A stretch of 19,306 nucleotides of DNA from Deinococcales bacterium (lineage in GTDB: Bacteria > Deinococcota > Deinococci > Deinococcales > JAAFIG01), in assembly GCA_031414595.1 (NCBI GenBank), contig JANNVX010000112.1:1-19306 (forward strand), written 5' to 3'. Positions within the stretch are counted from its first letter, which is position 1, and the number at the start of each line of letters is the position of its first letter. Below, in pieces: positions 1 to 7,949 of the stretch. The position numbers and the translations under genes are program-made. Under the pieces are notes generated by a model. That model was not told where the DNA came from. It saw only the letters and a program-made list of their open reading frames with translations, and did not search any database.

Positions 1-193
1 ATATCTCAATAGTATTCAAATGCGGTGAATACGTAGGTAAGAAAAATAAGTGCAAGCCTCGTTCTTCCCAGTATTCTCGTCGTTCCTGAACTGCTTTACA
101 AGTATGCACTCGAGCATTATCAAGTACCACCACAGTGACTCATTTTAAGTCCCTAGAAAAATTCTCGAGTTGTTCAATCACAAATTCACTATT
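1..193 (-). pseudogene. IS630-family (DDE_3) transposase remnant, cut off by IS982 and carrying an in-frame stop
   Basis: Not in the ORF track. Manual minus-strand translation of 193..2 gives NSEFVIEQLENFSRDLK*VTVVVLDNARVHTCKAVQERREYWEERGLHLFFLPTYSPHLNTIEI. VVLDNAxxH and FLPxYSPxLNxIE are hallmark IS630/Tc1 motifs. In-frame TGA at 142-140. Runs off the window start. Confidence 0.88.
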
Positions 194-1180
194 AACGTCA
201 ATTGTGGATAAGCAAACACCAAAAAGCGTTCTCCTATAAGCTGTTGTTAGCGCAAAAGCAAAAGGAGAACGCCATGAGTTTACTCGAATTATTCTGTTTA
301 CTCGATGATTATTGTCAAAATCTCAAAATCACCCTACCAGTCCAACCCTTGGGAACAGGAAAAAAGACCAGAAACCGAGCAACCCGACTGACGGATAGCG
401 AAATCATGACGATTCTGATTCATTTCCATCAATCAGACTACCGCAAATTTAAGCATTACTACTGTCGTCATGTCCAAGTCGTCTTAGCAAGTGAATTTCC
501 TAAAACCTGTGATTACCACCGTTTTGTGGCACTCATCAAACGCTATTTACTGCCACTATTAGGCTACTTATACTCGAGATTTGGGAATTGTGAAGGGGTC
601 AGTATTGTGGATAGCACTGCGCTAAAAGTCTGTCATAATCGTCGAATAGACAGTCACCGAGTCTTTGCGGGTCTGGCTGCTCGAGGTAAGAACTCGATGG
701 GTTGGTTTTTTGGATTTAAATTGCATATCGCTTTGAACACCGAAGGGGAATTGGTGGGTATGCACCTTGGTAAAGGCAACCAAGATGACCGTGATGGTCT
801 GCGTGAAATTTTGGCTAATCCATTCAAACAACTATTTGGTAAGTTAATTGCTGACCGAGGCTATATTGGCAAAGCATTTTTCGAGGAATTGTACAAGAAA
901 TATGGGGTTGAAGTGGTGATTGGGTTGAAGAAAAATATGAAAAGTATGTTGCCTCAGACGAGTGAGAGCATTTTTTTTCTACGAAAACGGGGTATTATTG
1001 AGACGATTATTGATCAACTCAAAAACATCATGCAGATTGAACACACAAGGCATCGGAGTTTCACTAGCTTCTCGGTTAATTTGATTTGCGGCTTGATTGC
1101 TTACTGTTTACAGCCTAACAAACCAAGTTTACTGTCTGGGAAAGATGTTTTGCTTACTCCTTAACCACAACTGACGTTAA
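192..1180 (+). mobile_element. IS982-family insertion sequence (about 990 bp)
   Basis: Terminal inverted repeats TTAACGTCAATTGTGGATAAG (192-212) and CTTAACCACAACTGACGTTAA (1160-1180), 2 mismatches in 21. They enclose a single transposase whose stop lies inside the right IR. No flanking direct repeat seen. Confidence 0.9.
274..1164 (+). CDS. IS982-family DDE transposase
   Basis: Motifs IVDSTALKVC, GWFFGFKLH, LIADRGY, KRGIIETIIDQLK, IEHTRHRS. Start moved to ATG 274 because of the AAGGAG RBS at about 262-267 (296 aa). Confidence 0.93.
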   Translation: MSLLELFCLLDDYCQNLKITLPVQPLGTGKKTRNRATRLTDSEIMTILIHFHQSDYRKFKHYYCRHVQVVLASEFPKTCDYHRFVALIKRYLLPLLGYLYSRFGNCEGVSIVDSTALKVCHNRRIDSHRVFAGLAARGKNSMGWFFGFKLHIALNTEGELVGMHLGKGNQDDRDGLREILANPFKQLFGKLIADRGYIGKAFFEELYKKYGVEVVIGLKKNMKSMLPQTSESIFFLRKRGIIETIIDQLKNIMQIEHTRHRSFTSFSVNLICGLIAYCLQPNKPSLLSGKDVLLTP

Positions 1181-1188
1181 ATAATGAA

Positions 1189-1479
1189 TTACATTGCTCC
1201 CGCTTCGTAAATTCTTATGCTGGTAATGATTGGGCATTCTTTTGCGATTCTTTCCGCTTCTTCAAGGCTATCTGCGCTGATGATGCAATAACCAGTTAAT
1301 GATTCTTTACCTAGTGGTAATTCTTTTGTTCCAGCACTTGAGATTTCTCTTCCGTTTCCCAAAGGGCTGCCGCCGTCTACTAATTTGTCGGCTATGGATG
1401 CAAACCATTTGCCCCATGCTTTCTGGACTTCTTGGGTAGGCGTTTCATATCCGTAAGTTAAGAACACAAATTTTTTCAT
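1189..1479 (-). CDS. YciI/DGPF-family protein
   Basis: 96 aa with MKKFVFL, W..W, LVDGGSPL, GYCIISADSLEEAERIAKECP and a terminal IRIYE strand, the YCII-related pattern. GGAG RBS upstream; follows the ArsR gene. Confidence 0.75.
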   Translation of the reverse strand: MKKFVFLTYGYETPTQEVQKAWGKWFASIADKLVDGGSPLGNGREISSAGTKELPLGKESLTGYCIISADSLEEAERIAKECPIITSIRIYEAGAM

Positions 1480-1488
1480 TTTTTCTCC

Positions 1489-1839
1489 TTAATTCTTGGT
1501 GTGATCGTTGCTTAAGTAAGCAGCATAGTTTTCTAGGGTTTCTTGGTTGCTGCCCCAGTATGTGTGATACTGCCCTAACCAATTTTGTGCGCTCTGCAAT
1601 CCTTCTCGGTTGAGTGCAAGAAAATTGATTCGTCCAATCTTTTTGCGGATTATCATGCCTCCTTTCTCAAGGACTTTTAGGTGTTTGTGAATTGCAGGCA
1701 GCGAGAGTCCTTCCCTAAAAGCCAGTTGGCTTATGGAGCAAGGGTGCAGACTTAAGATGTAAATGATTGCTCGTCTGTGTTTGTTCGCTAGAGCCTCAAA
1801 AGCGTTGTCTAAGTCTGACAGAGTTTGATCTTTCGTCAT
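1489..1839 (-). CDS. ArsR/SmtB-family winged-helix transcriptional regulator
   Basis: LDNAFEALANKHRRAII...SLPAISKHL-like (SLPAIHKHLKVLEKGGMI) and a C-terminal W..Y...W tail typical of the ArsR subgroup linked to SRPBCC/YciI genes. Confidence 0.9.
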   Translation of the reverse strand: MTKDQTLSDLDNAFEALANKHRRAIIYILSLHPCSISQLAFREGLSLPAIHKHLKVLEKGGMIIRKKIGRINFLALNREGLQSAQNWLGQYHTYWGSNQETLENYAAYLSNDHTKN

Positions 1840-1840
1840 A

Positions 1841-1864
1841 ACACTTAACCTATTGGTTAAGTGT
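1841..1864. promoter_or_regulatory. Perfect palindromic operator, probable ArsR autoregulatory site
   Basis: ACACTTAACC-TATT-GGTTAAGTGT (10-bp perfect arms), 1 nt from the ArsR start codon and overlapping the -10 box. Confidence 0.8.
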
Positions 1865-1888
1865 AGCGTTGAAGTTAAACTTTGTCAA
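1860..1888 (-). promoter_or_regulatory. Sigma70-type promoter of the ArsR-YciI operon
   Basis: Minus strand TTGACA (1888-1883), 17 nt spacer, TACACT (1865-1860). Confidence 0.8.
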
Positions 1889-1890
1889 GT

Positions 1891-1931
1891 AGAAAATTGC
1901 TCGAGCTTGCGCCTTGGCTTCTTCTCGAGCA
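1891..1931 (-). terminator. Possible terminator hairpin built from two CTCGAG copies
   Basis: TGCTCGAG (1898-1905) and CTCGAGCA (1924-1931) form an 8-bp stem just after the 1934 stop codon, followed on the minus strand by ATTTTCT. Confidence 0.4.
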
Positions 1932-1933
1932 GT

Positions 1934-3136
1934 TTATTTTTTAGGGCAGTTTTGTTTTGGAAAAGTCAGTGAGTCGTAAGGTTCTGGCAGCACTTCTTTG
2001 CTAGAACGCCAGACCACTTGGAATTGTCCGTTGCGTTCAACTCTACCAATGTAAACTCTTTGTTTAACCGAACCGTTTGGTTCAATGCGTATTCTGCCCA
2101 GTGGTGAATCCCTAAACTCGAGTCCAATCAGGGCTTGTCTGACCAGTAGAGGGTCAAAACTGCCTGCTTTTTCAACTGCTCGTCGCCAAAAAAAGGCGTT
2201 GGCGTAGGCATGTGCCATTGGGTCACTGATGACACTATTTGCACCATAACGTTGACGGTAGCTTTCTATAAATAAGCGGTTGGCTGGGTTCTCGAGGCTT
2301 TGAAAGTAATTCCAAGTGGCGTAATGACCAAGAAATAAATTTGCACCAATGTTTTGTAGTTCTGGTTCGGCAATTGAAAAATTGATGGTTGGCAGTAAGC
2401 GCGGGTCTAGGTTGGCTTGGCGGTATGCCTTAAAAAAGGCTAGGTTGCTATCGCCATTGATGGTGTTGATGATGATTTGTGGACGACTGCTTTGGATTTT
2501 TTTGACCACTGCACTAAAGTTTTTGTTGCCGAGCGGCACATAATCTTCTCCAACCAAAGTAGCAGCTTTGTCAGCAATATGACGTTTAAGAATTTTATTG
2601 ATGGTGCGCGGATAAACATAATCTGAACCAAGCAAATAAATCCGTTTGAAACCCTGCTCGAGCGCCCAGTTTAGGGCAGGTATGGCTTGTTGGTTAGGCT
2701 GAGCGCCACTGTAAATAATGTTTGGGCTGCATTCATTGCCTTCAAATTGAACTGGGTAAAACAACAAGCTCTGATTTTTTTCGATAATCGGTAGTACGGC
2801 TTTGCGACTGGCACTGGTCCAACCACCAAAAATCGCTGAGACTTTATCAGTGATTATTAGTTTTTTGGCTTTCTCGGCATAGCGATCCCAATTAGAAGCG
2901 CCATCTTCTTTGACAATAATGATTTGTTGCCCCAACACACCGCCACTTTGGTTGATTTCCTCGAGAGCAAGTTCGGTGGCGTTGGCGACACTAACTTCTG
3001 AAATTGCCATTGTGCCACTTAACGAATGCAAAATGCCGACACTGATGGGATTGCCTTGGGCTAGGCTTGGTTTAATCAGTGTCAGGCTCAAGACGCAAAG
3101 ACCAAGCAGCGCTAAACCAAGGGCAAATCGTTTCAT
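1934..3136 (-). CDS. UrtA/FmdD-like urea or short-chain amide substrate-binding protein (Peripla_BP_5), orphan
   Basis: Signal peptide, then VGILHSLSGTMAISE, FGGWTSASRKAVLP, LFYPVQFEG, GAQPNQQ, GSDYVYPR, NTINGDSN, all characteristic of UrtA. No permease or ATPase genes adjacent. Confidence 0.88.
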   Translation of the reverse strand: MKRFALGLALLGLCVLSLTLIKPSLAQGNPISVGILHSLSGTMAISEVSVANATELALEEINQSGGVLGQQIIIVKEDGASNWDRYAEKAKKLIITDKVSAIFGGWTSASRKAVLPIIEKNQSLLFYPVQFEGNECSPNIIYSGAQPNQQAIPALNWALEQGFKRIYLLGSDYVYPRTINKILKRHIADKAATLVGEDYVPLGNKNFSAVVKKIQSSRPQIIINTINGDSNLAFFKAYRQANLDPRLLPTINFSIAEPELQNIGANLFLGHYATWNYFQSLENPANRLFIESYRQRYGANSVISDPMAHAYANAFFWRRAVEKAGSFDPLLVRQALIGLEFRDSPLGRIRIEPNGSVKQRVYIGRVERNGQFQVVWRSSKEVLPEPYDSLTFPKQNCPKK

Positions 3137-3142
3137 TGGTTT

Positions 3143-3148
3143 AGTCTA
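3143..3148 (-). promoter_or_regulatory. -10 box of a probable leaderless transcript
   Basis: TAGACT, 6 nt, ATG (3136); no Shine-Dalgarno. Confidence 0.6.
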
Positions 3149-3208
3149 GCGCATCTGGTGTTACTAGGACGAGTTTTTTGAGTATGATGAACATAAGAGG
3201 TAAATTCT

Positions 3209-5389
3209 ATGATGCAAGCCACAGGTAAATTTATGGCAGCCATTTGGATCAAGGTTCGCACCACTTTTGATAATGCGCCGTTGCTCGGTAAGTTATTGAT
3301 GCTATCAGCTGTGGTTTTATTGCCACTTTTGCTGGTCTCGACATGGTTACTGTTTGGTGTCGTTGGTTCACAAATTGAACGTGGAGCGGGCGCTCGAGTG
3401 CGTCAAGCGGCTTTTAGTGCTGCCAATATCCTCAGTCGTAATTTGAATGAACGCTACAGCGATGTGCTGAGTTTTTCGACCTCGAGATTTGCGCGGAACA
3501 TGGATGCCGAAGAACAAAGCTCTTGGATGAACACTTTAATTAAAAACCAAAGCCCAGTTTATCGCCTAATGCTGGTAGCGGACACCAACGGTAAAGTCAT
3601 TGCCACTTCAAGTGTCAACGCCCAAGGCAACGCCCTTGATACCAGCCAGATTATCGGCTCGAGTGTGGCAGCCGAACAATGGTTTATTTCTTGTCGGCAA
3701 GGTTTAGTACCAGAGCGAACCGCTTTTGCTACTCCGGCTGGGGATGATGAAATTCTTAAAAAACTCGAGCCTAATGTCAGTCCGATGAGCTTAGGGTTTT
3801 CTGCGCCAATTCGTGGTTTTGGTGGTCAAATTATTGGGGTTTGGCACACCTTACTAAACTGGGATGAAATCAATCGAATTTTAAGCAATGCCCAAGCCGA
3901 AGCCAAAAACAATGGGTATGCCTCGGTTCGGTACTTGATTACCGATGATGTCGGGCGTTTACTCAGCGCTCCTAATCCAGATTTGGTCTTCAAAACCAAT
4001 TTACGTAATTTTGTGTCCTACAAAGCATCTCGAGCTAACCAAGCAGGCTATATGCAAGACCGTGATTTTGGCGATGTGGCACTAAGTCCTAAGGCGGCTG
4101 GTACAGTTGGCTGGTTTGCGGCGGGTAAAGATACCAACTTTAAGGGCTTGGGTTGGACGATACTTGCCAGTCAATCGGCGGCAGAAATCAATGCTGCCCA
4201 ATTGGGTTTACTAACCCCACTATTGTTGTTGTTGCTGCTGTTGCTTTTGGGGGCATTATTGGTGGCTTGGCTGATTTCACGCTATGTAGTTGGACAAATT
4301 TTGAGCTTAAAATCCCATGCGGCGGCTCTTTCCGAAGGAAATTTAGCCCAAGATATGCAGGCTGCCAGCACCGATGAAATAGGCGCATTGCGGGCTTCGT
4401 TTCAGAACATGACCTTGTATCAACGTCAAATGGCAAGGGTTGCCAGTGCCATTTCCCAAGGCGACTTAACAAGTAGTATTGAAGCCAAATCCGAACAGGA
4501 TGAACTTGGCATGGCTTTTGCCGAGATGACCCGCAAATTACGCGAGGTACTAAAACAAGTCCTGACCTCGAGCCAAGCCGTTTCGAGTGCCAGCAAACAA
4601 ATTTTAGCGGCTTGTGTACAACAAAGCAGTGGGATTTCACAACAAAGTGCCGCTGTCACCCAGACCACTGCCACGGTTGCCGAAGTCAGTCAGTCGTCAA
4701 ATCATGCGCTTGAACTGACCCAGCACATCACAAGTAGCGCCAATGGTGTGGCTCGAGTTGCCACCGCAGGCATCGAGGCTGCCCGTACCGCCGATGATGG
4801 AATGCAGCAAATTCGGGTTCGGGTTGGCGAAATTTCTGAGCAAATTTTAGGTTTATCGCAACAAACCCAAAGCATTGGCGAAATTATTGCCACTGTCTCT
4901 GACATTGCCGACCAAAGCAATTTACTCGCCTTAAACGCCGCCATCGAAGCCTCCCGAGCCGGCGAACACGGACGTGGTTTTTCGGTGGTTGCCCAAGAAA
5001 TCAGGCATTTAGCCGAACGCAGCAAAGACGCAACCCAACAGGTGCGAAATTTACTTGGGCAGATTCAACGTGCCACCAAAAGTGCAGTCATGGCTTCCGA
5101 GCAAGGCTCAAAAGTTGCCGAAAGCGGCGCACAGCACCTAGCCCACACTTTAGAGACCATCGAAGCCCTTGGCACAGCGATTCGTGAATCGGCAGAACAA
5201 ACCCAAATGATTCAGATTACGGTGCAACAAAACAACATTGGTATGAGTCAAATCGAAAAAGCCATCCACAGCATTAACGACACCACCCAAACCTCCTTGT
5301 ATGCCACCCAACAAACCCAGAGTATCGCCCAACAACTCGAGGGCTTAGCCGATAAGCTAAACGCGGTTAGCGTTGGCTTTAAGACTTAA
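3209..5389 (+). CDS. Methyl-accepting chemotaxis protein (TM-Cache-like sensor-TM-HAMP-MCP signal domain)
   Basis: Two hydrophobic helices flank an approx. 280-aa extracytoplasmic domain; HAMP-like segments ([24 protein letters not shown]); signalling hairpin [46 protein letters not shown] (3183-3188) and GAGG RBS upstream. Confidence 0.93.
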   Translation: MMQATGKFMAAIWIKVRTTFDNAPLLGKLLMLSAVVLLPLLLVSTWLLFGVVGSQIERGAGARVRQAAFSAANILSRNLNERYSDVLSFSTSRFARNMDAEEQSSWMNTLIKNQSPVYRLMLVADTNGKVIATSSVNAQGNALDTSQIIGSSVAAEQWFISCRQGLVPERTAFATPAGDDEILKKLEPNVSPMSLGFSAPIRGFGGQIIGVWHTLLNWDEINRILSNAQAEAKNNGYASVRYLITDDVGRLLSAPNPDLVFKTNLRNFVSYKASRANQAGYMQDRDFGDVALSPKAAGTVGWFAAGKDTNFKGLGWTILASQSAAEINAAQLGLLTPLLLLLLLLLLGALLVAWLISRYVVGQILSLKSHAAALSEGNLAQDMQAASTDEIGALRASFQNMTLYQRQMARVASAISQGDLTSSIEAKSEQDELGMAFAEMTRKLREVLKQVLTSSQAVSSASKQILAACVQQSSGISQQSAAVTQTTATVAEVSQSSNHALELTQHITSSANGVARVATAGIEAARTADDGMQQIRVRVGEISEQILGLSQQTQSIGEIIATVSDIADQSNLLALNAAIEASRAGEHGRGFSVVAQEIRHLAERSKDATQQVRNLLGQIQRATKSAVMASEQGSKVAESGAQHLAHTLETIEALGTAIRESAEQTQMIQITVQQNNIGMSQIEKAIHSINDTTQTSLYATQQTQSIAQQLEGLADKLNAVSVGFKT

Positions 5390-5390
5390 A

Positions 5391-5453
5391 TAGCTACTAG
5401 CTACTAGCTTTTAGTTTTTAGTTTTTAGCTAAAAACCAGAAGCTAAAGGCTCA
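5391..5453. repeat. Heptamer tandem repeats that fold back on themselves between convergent genes (probable bidirectional terminator)
   Basis: TAGCTAC TAGCTAC TAGCTTT TAGTTTT TAGTTTT TAG followed by inverted units CTAAAAA CCAGAAG CTAAAGG. AGCTTTTAGTTTTTAG can pair with CTAAAAACCAGAAGCT. Confidence 0.6.
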
Positions 5454-7010
5454 TTACATTACCCCAGTTGCCTCGAGTTTGCCATCTTTGACTTCTATAA
5501 TCACCAATGGACGGTTCTGAATTGCCCCTGCCTTAAACTGCACTGGGCTGGTCACACCTGGAGCGGGTTTGCTCGAGAAACCATCTAAGGCTTTTTTGAC
5601 ATTGATTCGGGTTTGGCTGTTAGATCGTTTAATTGCCTCGAGTAACGCCCGTGTTGCGTCATATGCCTGCATTGCTCGAGCGTTGGGTGTCCCGCCGCCG
5701 TATCGTCTTTGGAAGGCTTTGACAAATTGGGTTGTGTTGCCAATCGTGCTGGTGGCATGAAAAAACGAGAGCATGGTTAAACCTTCTACAGCTTTTCCAG
5801 CCGCCAGTAATTCTTGGCTGTAAGCAGCACTGCCGGTTAGCATCGGCAGTTTTACCCCTGCACTTGCTAAAGCTGTGGCAAGTCGGGCGCAATCGGCGGC
5901 TGTGCCAGATAAAAAGACCGCATCTGGACGTGGGTCATCTTGGAAGACATCAAAATCGGCGGGTAAACCCTTGGTTGGGAATTCAATTGGCACAGTGCTG
6001 ATAGATAAACTGGCAGCATCTTGAATAAAGGCATCAGCTAGGCTTTTACTGTAGGCATCTTTGGGGTCAAAATAAACTGGGATTCGGACATAGCCTTTTC
6101 TTTGTGCAATTTTAACCAGATTCTTGCCTTGAATACTGCTCGGCACGGCTAACCGATACGTAAAACCGCCTTTGTTGGACAAACGGTCATCGGTTGCAGC
6201 CGGCGCAATATGCACCAGACTTTGGGCATTATAAATATCGGCAGCCGCCACCGAAGCACTCGAGTTGACTGGTCCAATCACACCCAGCACCTCGGACAGC
6301 GAAGCCAAACTTGAGGCGGCTTGAACCGCTAAAGAACGATCATTTTGGTCGTTGCGAATTTCTACAATCACCCGTTTATTACCAAGGCTAGGCTGGCTAA
6401 ATTCTTGAACCGCCATGTTCACACCCTGTAAAATCGCTTCGCCCTGCTGCACACTCGAGCCACTGGTAGGCACACTCAAACCAATCGTGATGGCTTTAGC
6501 ACCAAGTTGCTTGGTCAGGGCATTGCTGCGAACCAAACCAATTAAGGCATCGGTGGGTCTCGAGTTCAACCACGCATCGGCTTTCTCGAGGGCATCAGCA
6601 TACGTCCCAGAATTATAGACATTAACAATATCGGCGCGTTCGGGTCGCAAATTGGCTGCCACTTGAACATCTGGGGTGGTTAGACTGGCTTCTGGATAAC
6701 CTGTGGTGGCTGGTGTGGTGGTAGTGACTGGTGGCGTGGTGACTGGTGGCGTGGTGGGCGTAGTGACTGGTGGTGTGGTTGGTGTAGTGACAGGCGGCGT
6801 GGTAGTGACTGGGGGTGTGGGTGTAGTGACAGGCGGTGTGGTTGGTGTAGTGACAGGCGGCGTGACGACCGGCGGAGTATTCACTGGGGCTTGGCAAGCA
6901 CTCGGAACAGGTAAGCCGGGCAGTTGAATACCACAATTTTGATGTTGTTGCCAACCAAAATAAGCTGCTAGAGCAATCACAATAATTGGAATTAAATTCT
7001 GGGGTTTCAT
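5454..7010 (-). CDS. Membrane-anchored LivJ/LivK-like (Peripla_BP_6) ligand-binding protein with Pro/Thr-rich stalk
   Basis: N-terminal TM helix, (PPVTTPTT)n linker, then ITIGLSVPTSG, VLGVIGPVNSS, APAATDDRLS, AYSKSLADAF, AYDATRALLEAI of type I periplasmic binding proteins. Confidence 0.82.
   Translation of the reverse strand: MKPQNLIPIIVIALAAYFGWQQHQNCGIQLPGLPVPSACQAPVNTPPVVTPPVTTPTTPPVTTPTPPVTTTPPVTTPTTPPVTTPTTPPVTTPPVTTTTPATTGYPEASLTTPDVQVAANLRPERADIVNVYNSGTYADALEKADAWLNSRPTDALIGLVRSNALTKQLGAKAITIGLSVPTSGSSVQQGEAILQGVNMAVQEFSQPSLGNKRVIVEIRNDQNDRSLAVQAASSLASLSEVLGVIGPVNSSASVAAADIYNAQSLVHIAPAATDDRLSNKGGFTYRLAVPSSIQGKNLVKIAQRKGYVRIPVYFDPKDAYSKSLADAFIQDAASLSISTVPIEFPTKGLPADFDVFQDDPRPDAVFLSGTAADCARLATALASAGVKLPMLTGSAAYSQELLAAGKAVEGLTMLSFFHATSTIGNTTQFVKAFQRRYGGGTPNARAMQAYDATRALLEAIKRSNSQTRINVKKALDGFSSKPAPGVTSPVQFKAGAIQNRPLVIIEVKDGKLEATGVM
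6703..6885 (-). repeat. Coding Pro/Thr tandem repeats (about 24-nt PPVTTPTT units)
   Basis: Repeated GGTGTAGTGACAGGCGG / GTAGTGACTGGTGG units on the + strand. Confidence 0.8.
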
Positions 7011-7016
7011 CTGCTT

Positions 7017-7022
7017 AGTCTA
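7017..7022 (-). promoter_or_regulatory. -10 box of a probable leaderless transcript
   Basis: TAGACT, 6 nt, ATG (7010); directly preceded by a CTCGAG (7023-7028). Confidence 0.6.
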
Positions 7023-7073
7023 CTCGAGAATATGCGACTTGGGCTATCTACAATTTTGTTAGCAACAACCCAC

Positions 7074-7949
7074 TCAGGCTCGAGGCTCGGAGTCATTGCG
7101 ATTTGTGCCTTCGGTAATCAGTTGTACCGTCACAGGTGGGTTAGCAGCAGGCGCTTGCCAGTTCAATTCGTCAAGGCGGTTTCGCAAGTGCTTGCGCCAT
7201 TCCCTTGACAGCGCCCATTGTTCTTTGGGTTGAACTTTCATCAGCACCCGAATCGTGGTTTGTGCGCCAAGGGCTTGAATGCCCAGTACCTCGGGAGGCT
7301 CGAGAAATTTGTTGATTAGGTCTGGTTGGCTCGAGAATTCTGTAACCAAGCGTTGCAGTTCACTCATCGCTTCTTCTATTGGCACGGTGTTTGGAACTTC
7401 AACATCAGCCACAATTCGCGCCCAGTCTTTAGATAACACACTAACGGTTTTGATTTCGCCGTTTGGAATCACATGGGCTGTGCCTTCTAAATCGCGTAGC
7501 ACCGTGACCCGAAGATTGAGGCTTTCGACACTTCCAGCCAGTACATGTGCCGAAGCTGCATTGACTTTTATGACATCACCCACGCCGTACTGATCCTCGA
7601 GCAGAATAAAAAATCCGTTCAGTACATCCCTGACCATGCTCTGTGCGCCAAAACTGACCGCTAAACCAAGAATCGAAACCCCTGCCAGTAACGCTGTGAC
7701 ATTGACACCAAGTTCAGACAGCACCGCCACCAGAGTTAAAACCAGCACCAGCACACGTAAACTCGAGGTCAGGACAACCCGCAGGGTTTCGGTGCGGACA
7801 TTGCGTCTCGAGAATTCTCTTGGAGTGGTGACAGCCGCCGCAAAACGGTTAATCAACCAGAGCAAAAAAGCCGCCAGTAAAAGTGTCAGCACCACACTTG
7901 GGGCGGCATCTAGGATACCCTCGAGTTTTTTAAGCCAGCGTTCAATCAT
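7074..7949 (-). CDS. Small-conductance mechanosensitive channel, MscS family (YkuT/YbiO-like)
   Basis: Three TM helices, GLAVSFGAQSMVRDVLNGFFILLEDQYGVGDVI, GSVESLNLRVTVLRDLEGTAHVIPNGEI. Overlaps the plsX stop by 8 nt. Confidence 0.92.
   Translation of the reverse strand: MIERWLKKLEGILDAAPSVVLTLLLAAFLLWLINRFAAAVTTPREFSRRNVRTETLRVVLTSSLRVLVLVLTLVAVLSELGVNVTALLAGVSILGLAVSFGAQSMVRDVLNGFFILLEDQYGVGDVIKVNAASAHVLAGSVESLNLRVTVLRDLEGTAHVIPNGEIKTVSVLSKDWARIVADVEVPNTVPIEEAMSELQRLVTEFSSQPDLINKFLEPPEVLGIQALGAQTTIRVLMKVQPKEQWALSREWRKHLRNRLDELNWQAPAANPPVTVQLITEGTNRNDSEPRA

Noticed and set aside
202-273. N-terminal extension of the transposase from TTG 202
   Set aside because: It begins inside the left IR; ATG 274 has a strong RBS and gives a normal IS982 length.
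183-1190. Extended inverted symmetry outside the IS982 IRs (AATTCACTAT vs ATAATGAATT)
   Set aside because: The left flank is IS630 coding sequence and the right flank includes the YciI stop; AT-rich and needs an indel, so probably chance or target preference rather than part of the element.
4215-4250. TTG/CTG trinucleotide run as a contingency repeat
   Set aside because: It encodes the poly-Leu second TM helix of the MCP with mixed codons; unit changes would stay in frame.
7054-7070. Deinococcal radiation/desiccation response motif-like palindrome TTTTGTTAGCAACAACC
   Set aside because: Too many mismatches to the 17-bp consensus and the downstream gene is not a DNA-repair gene.
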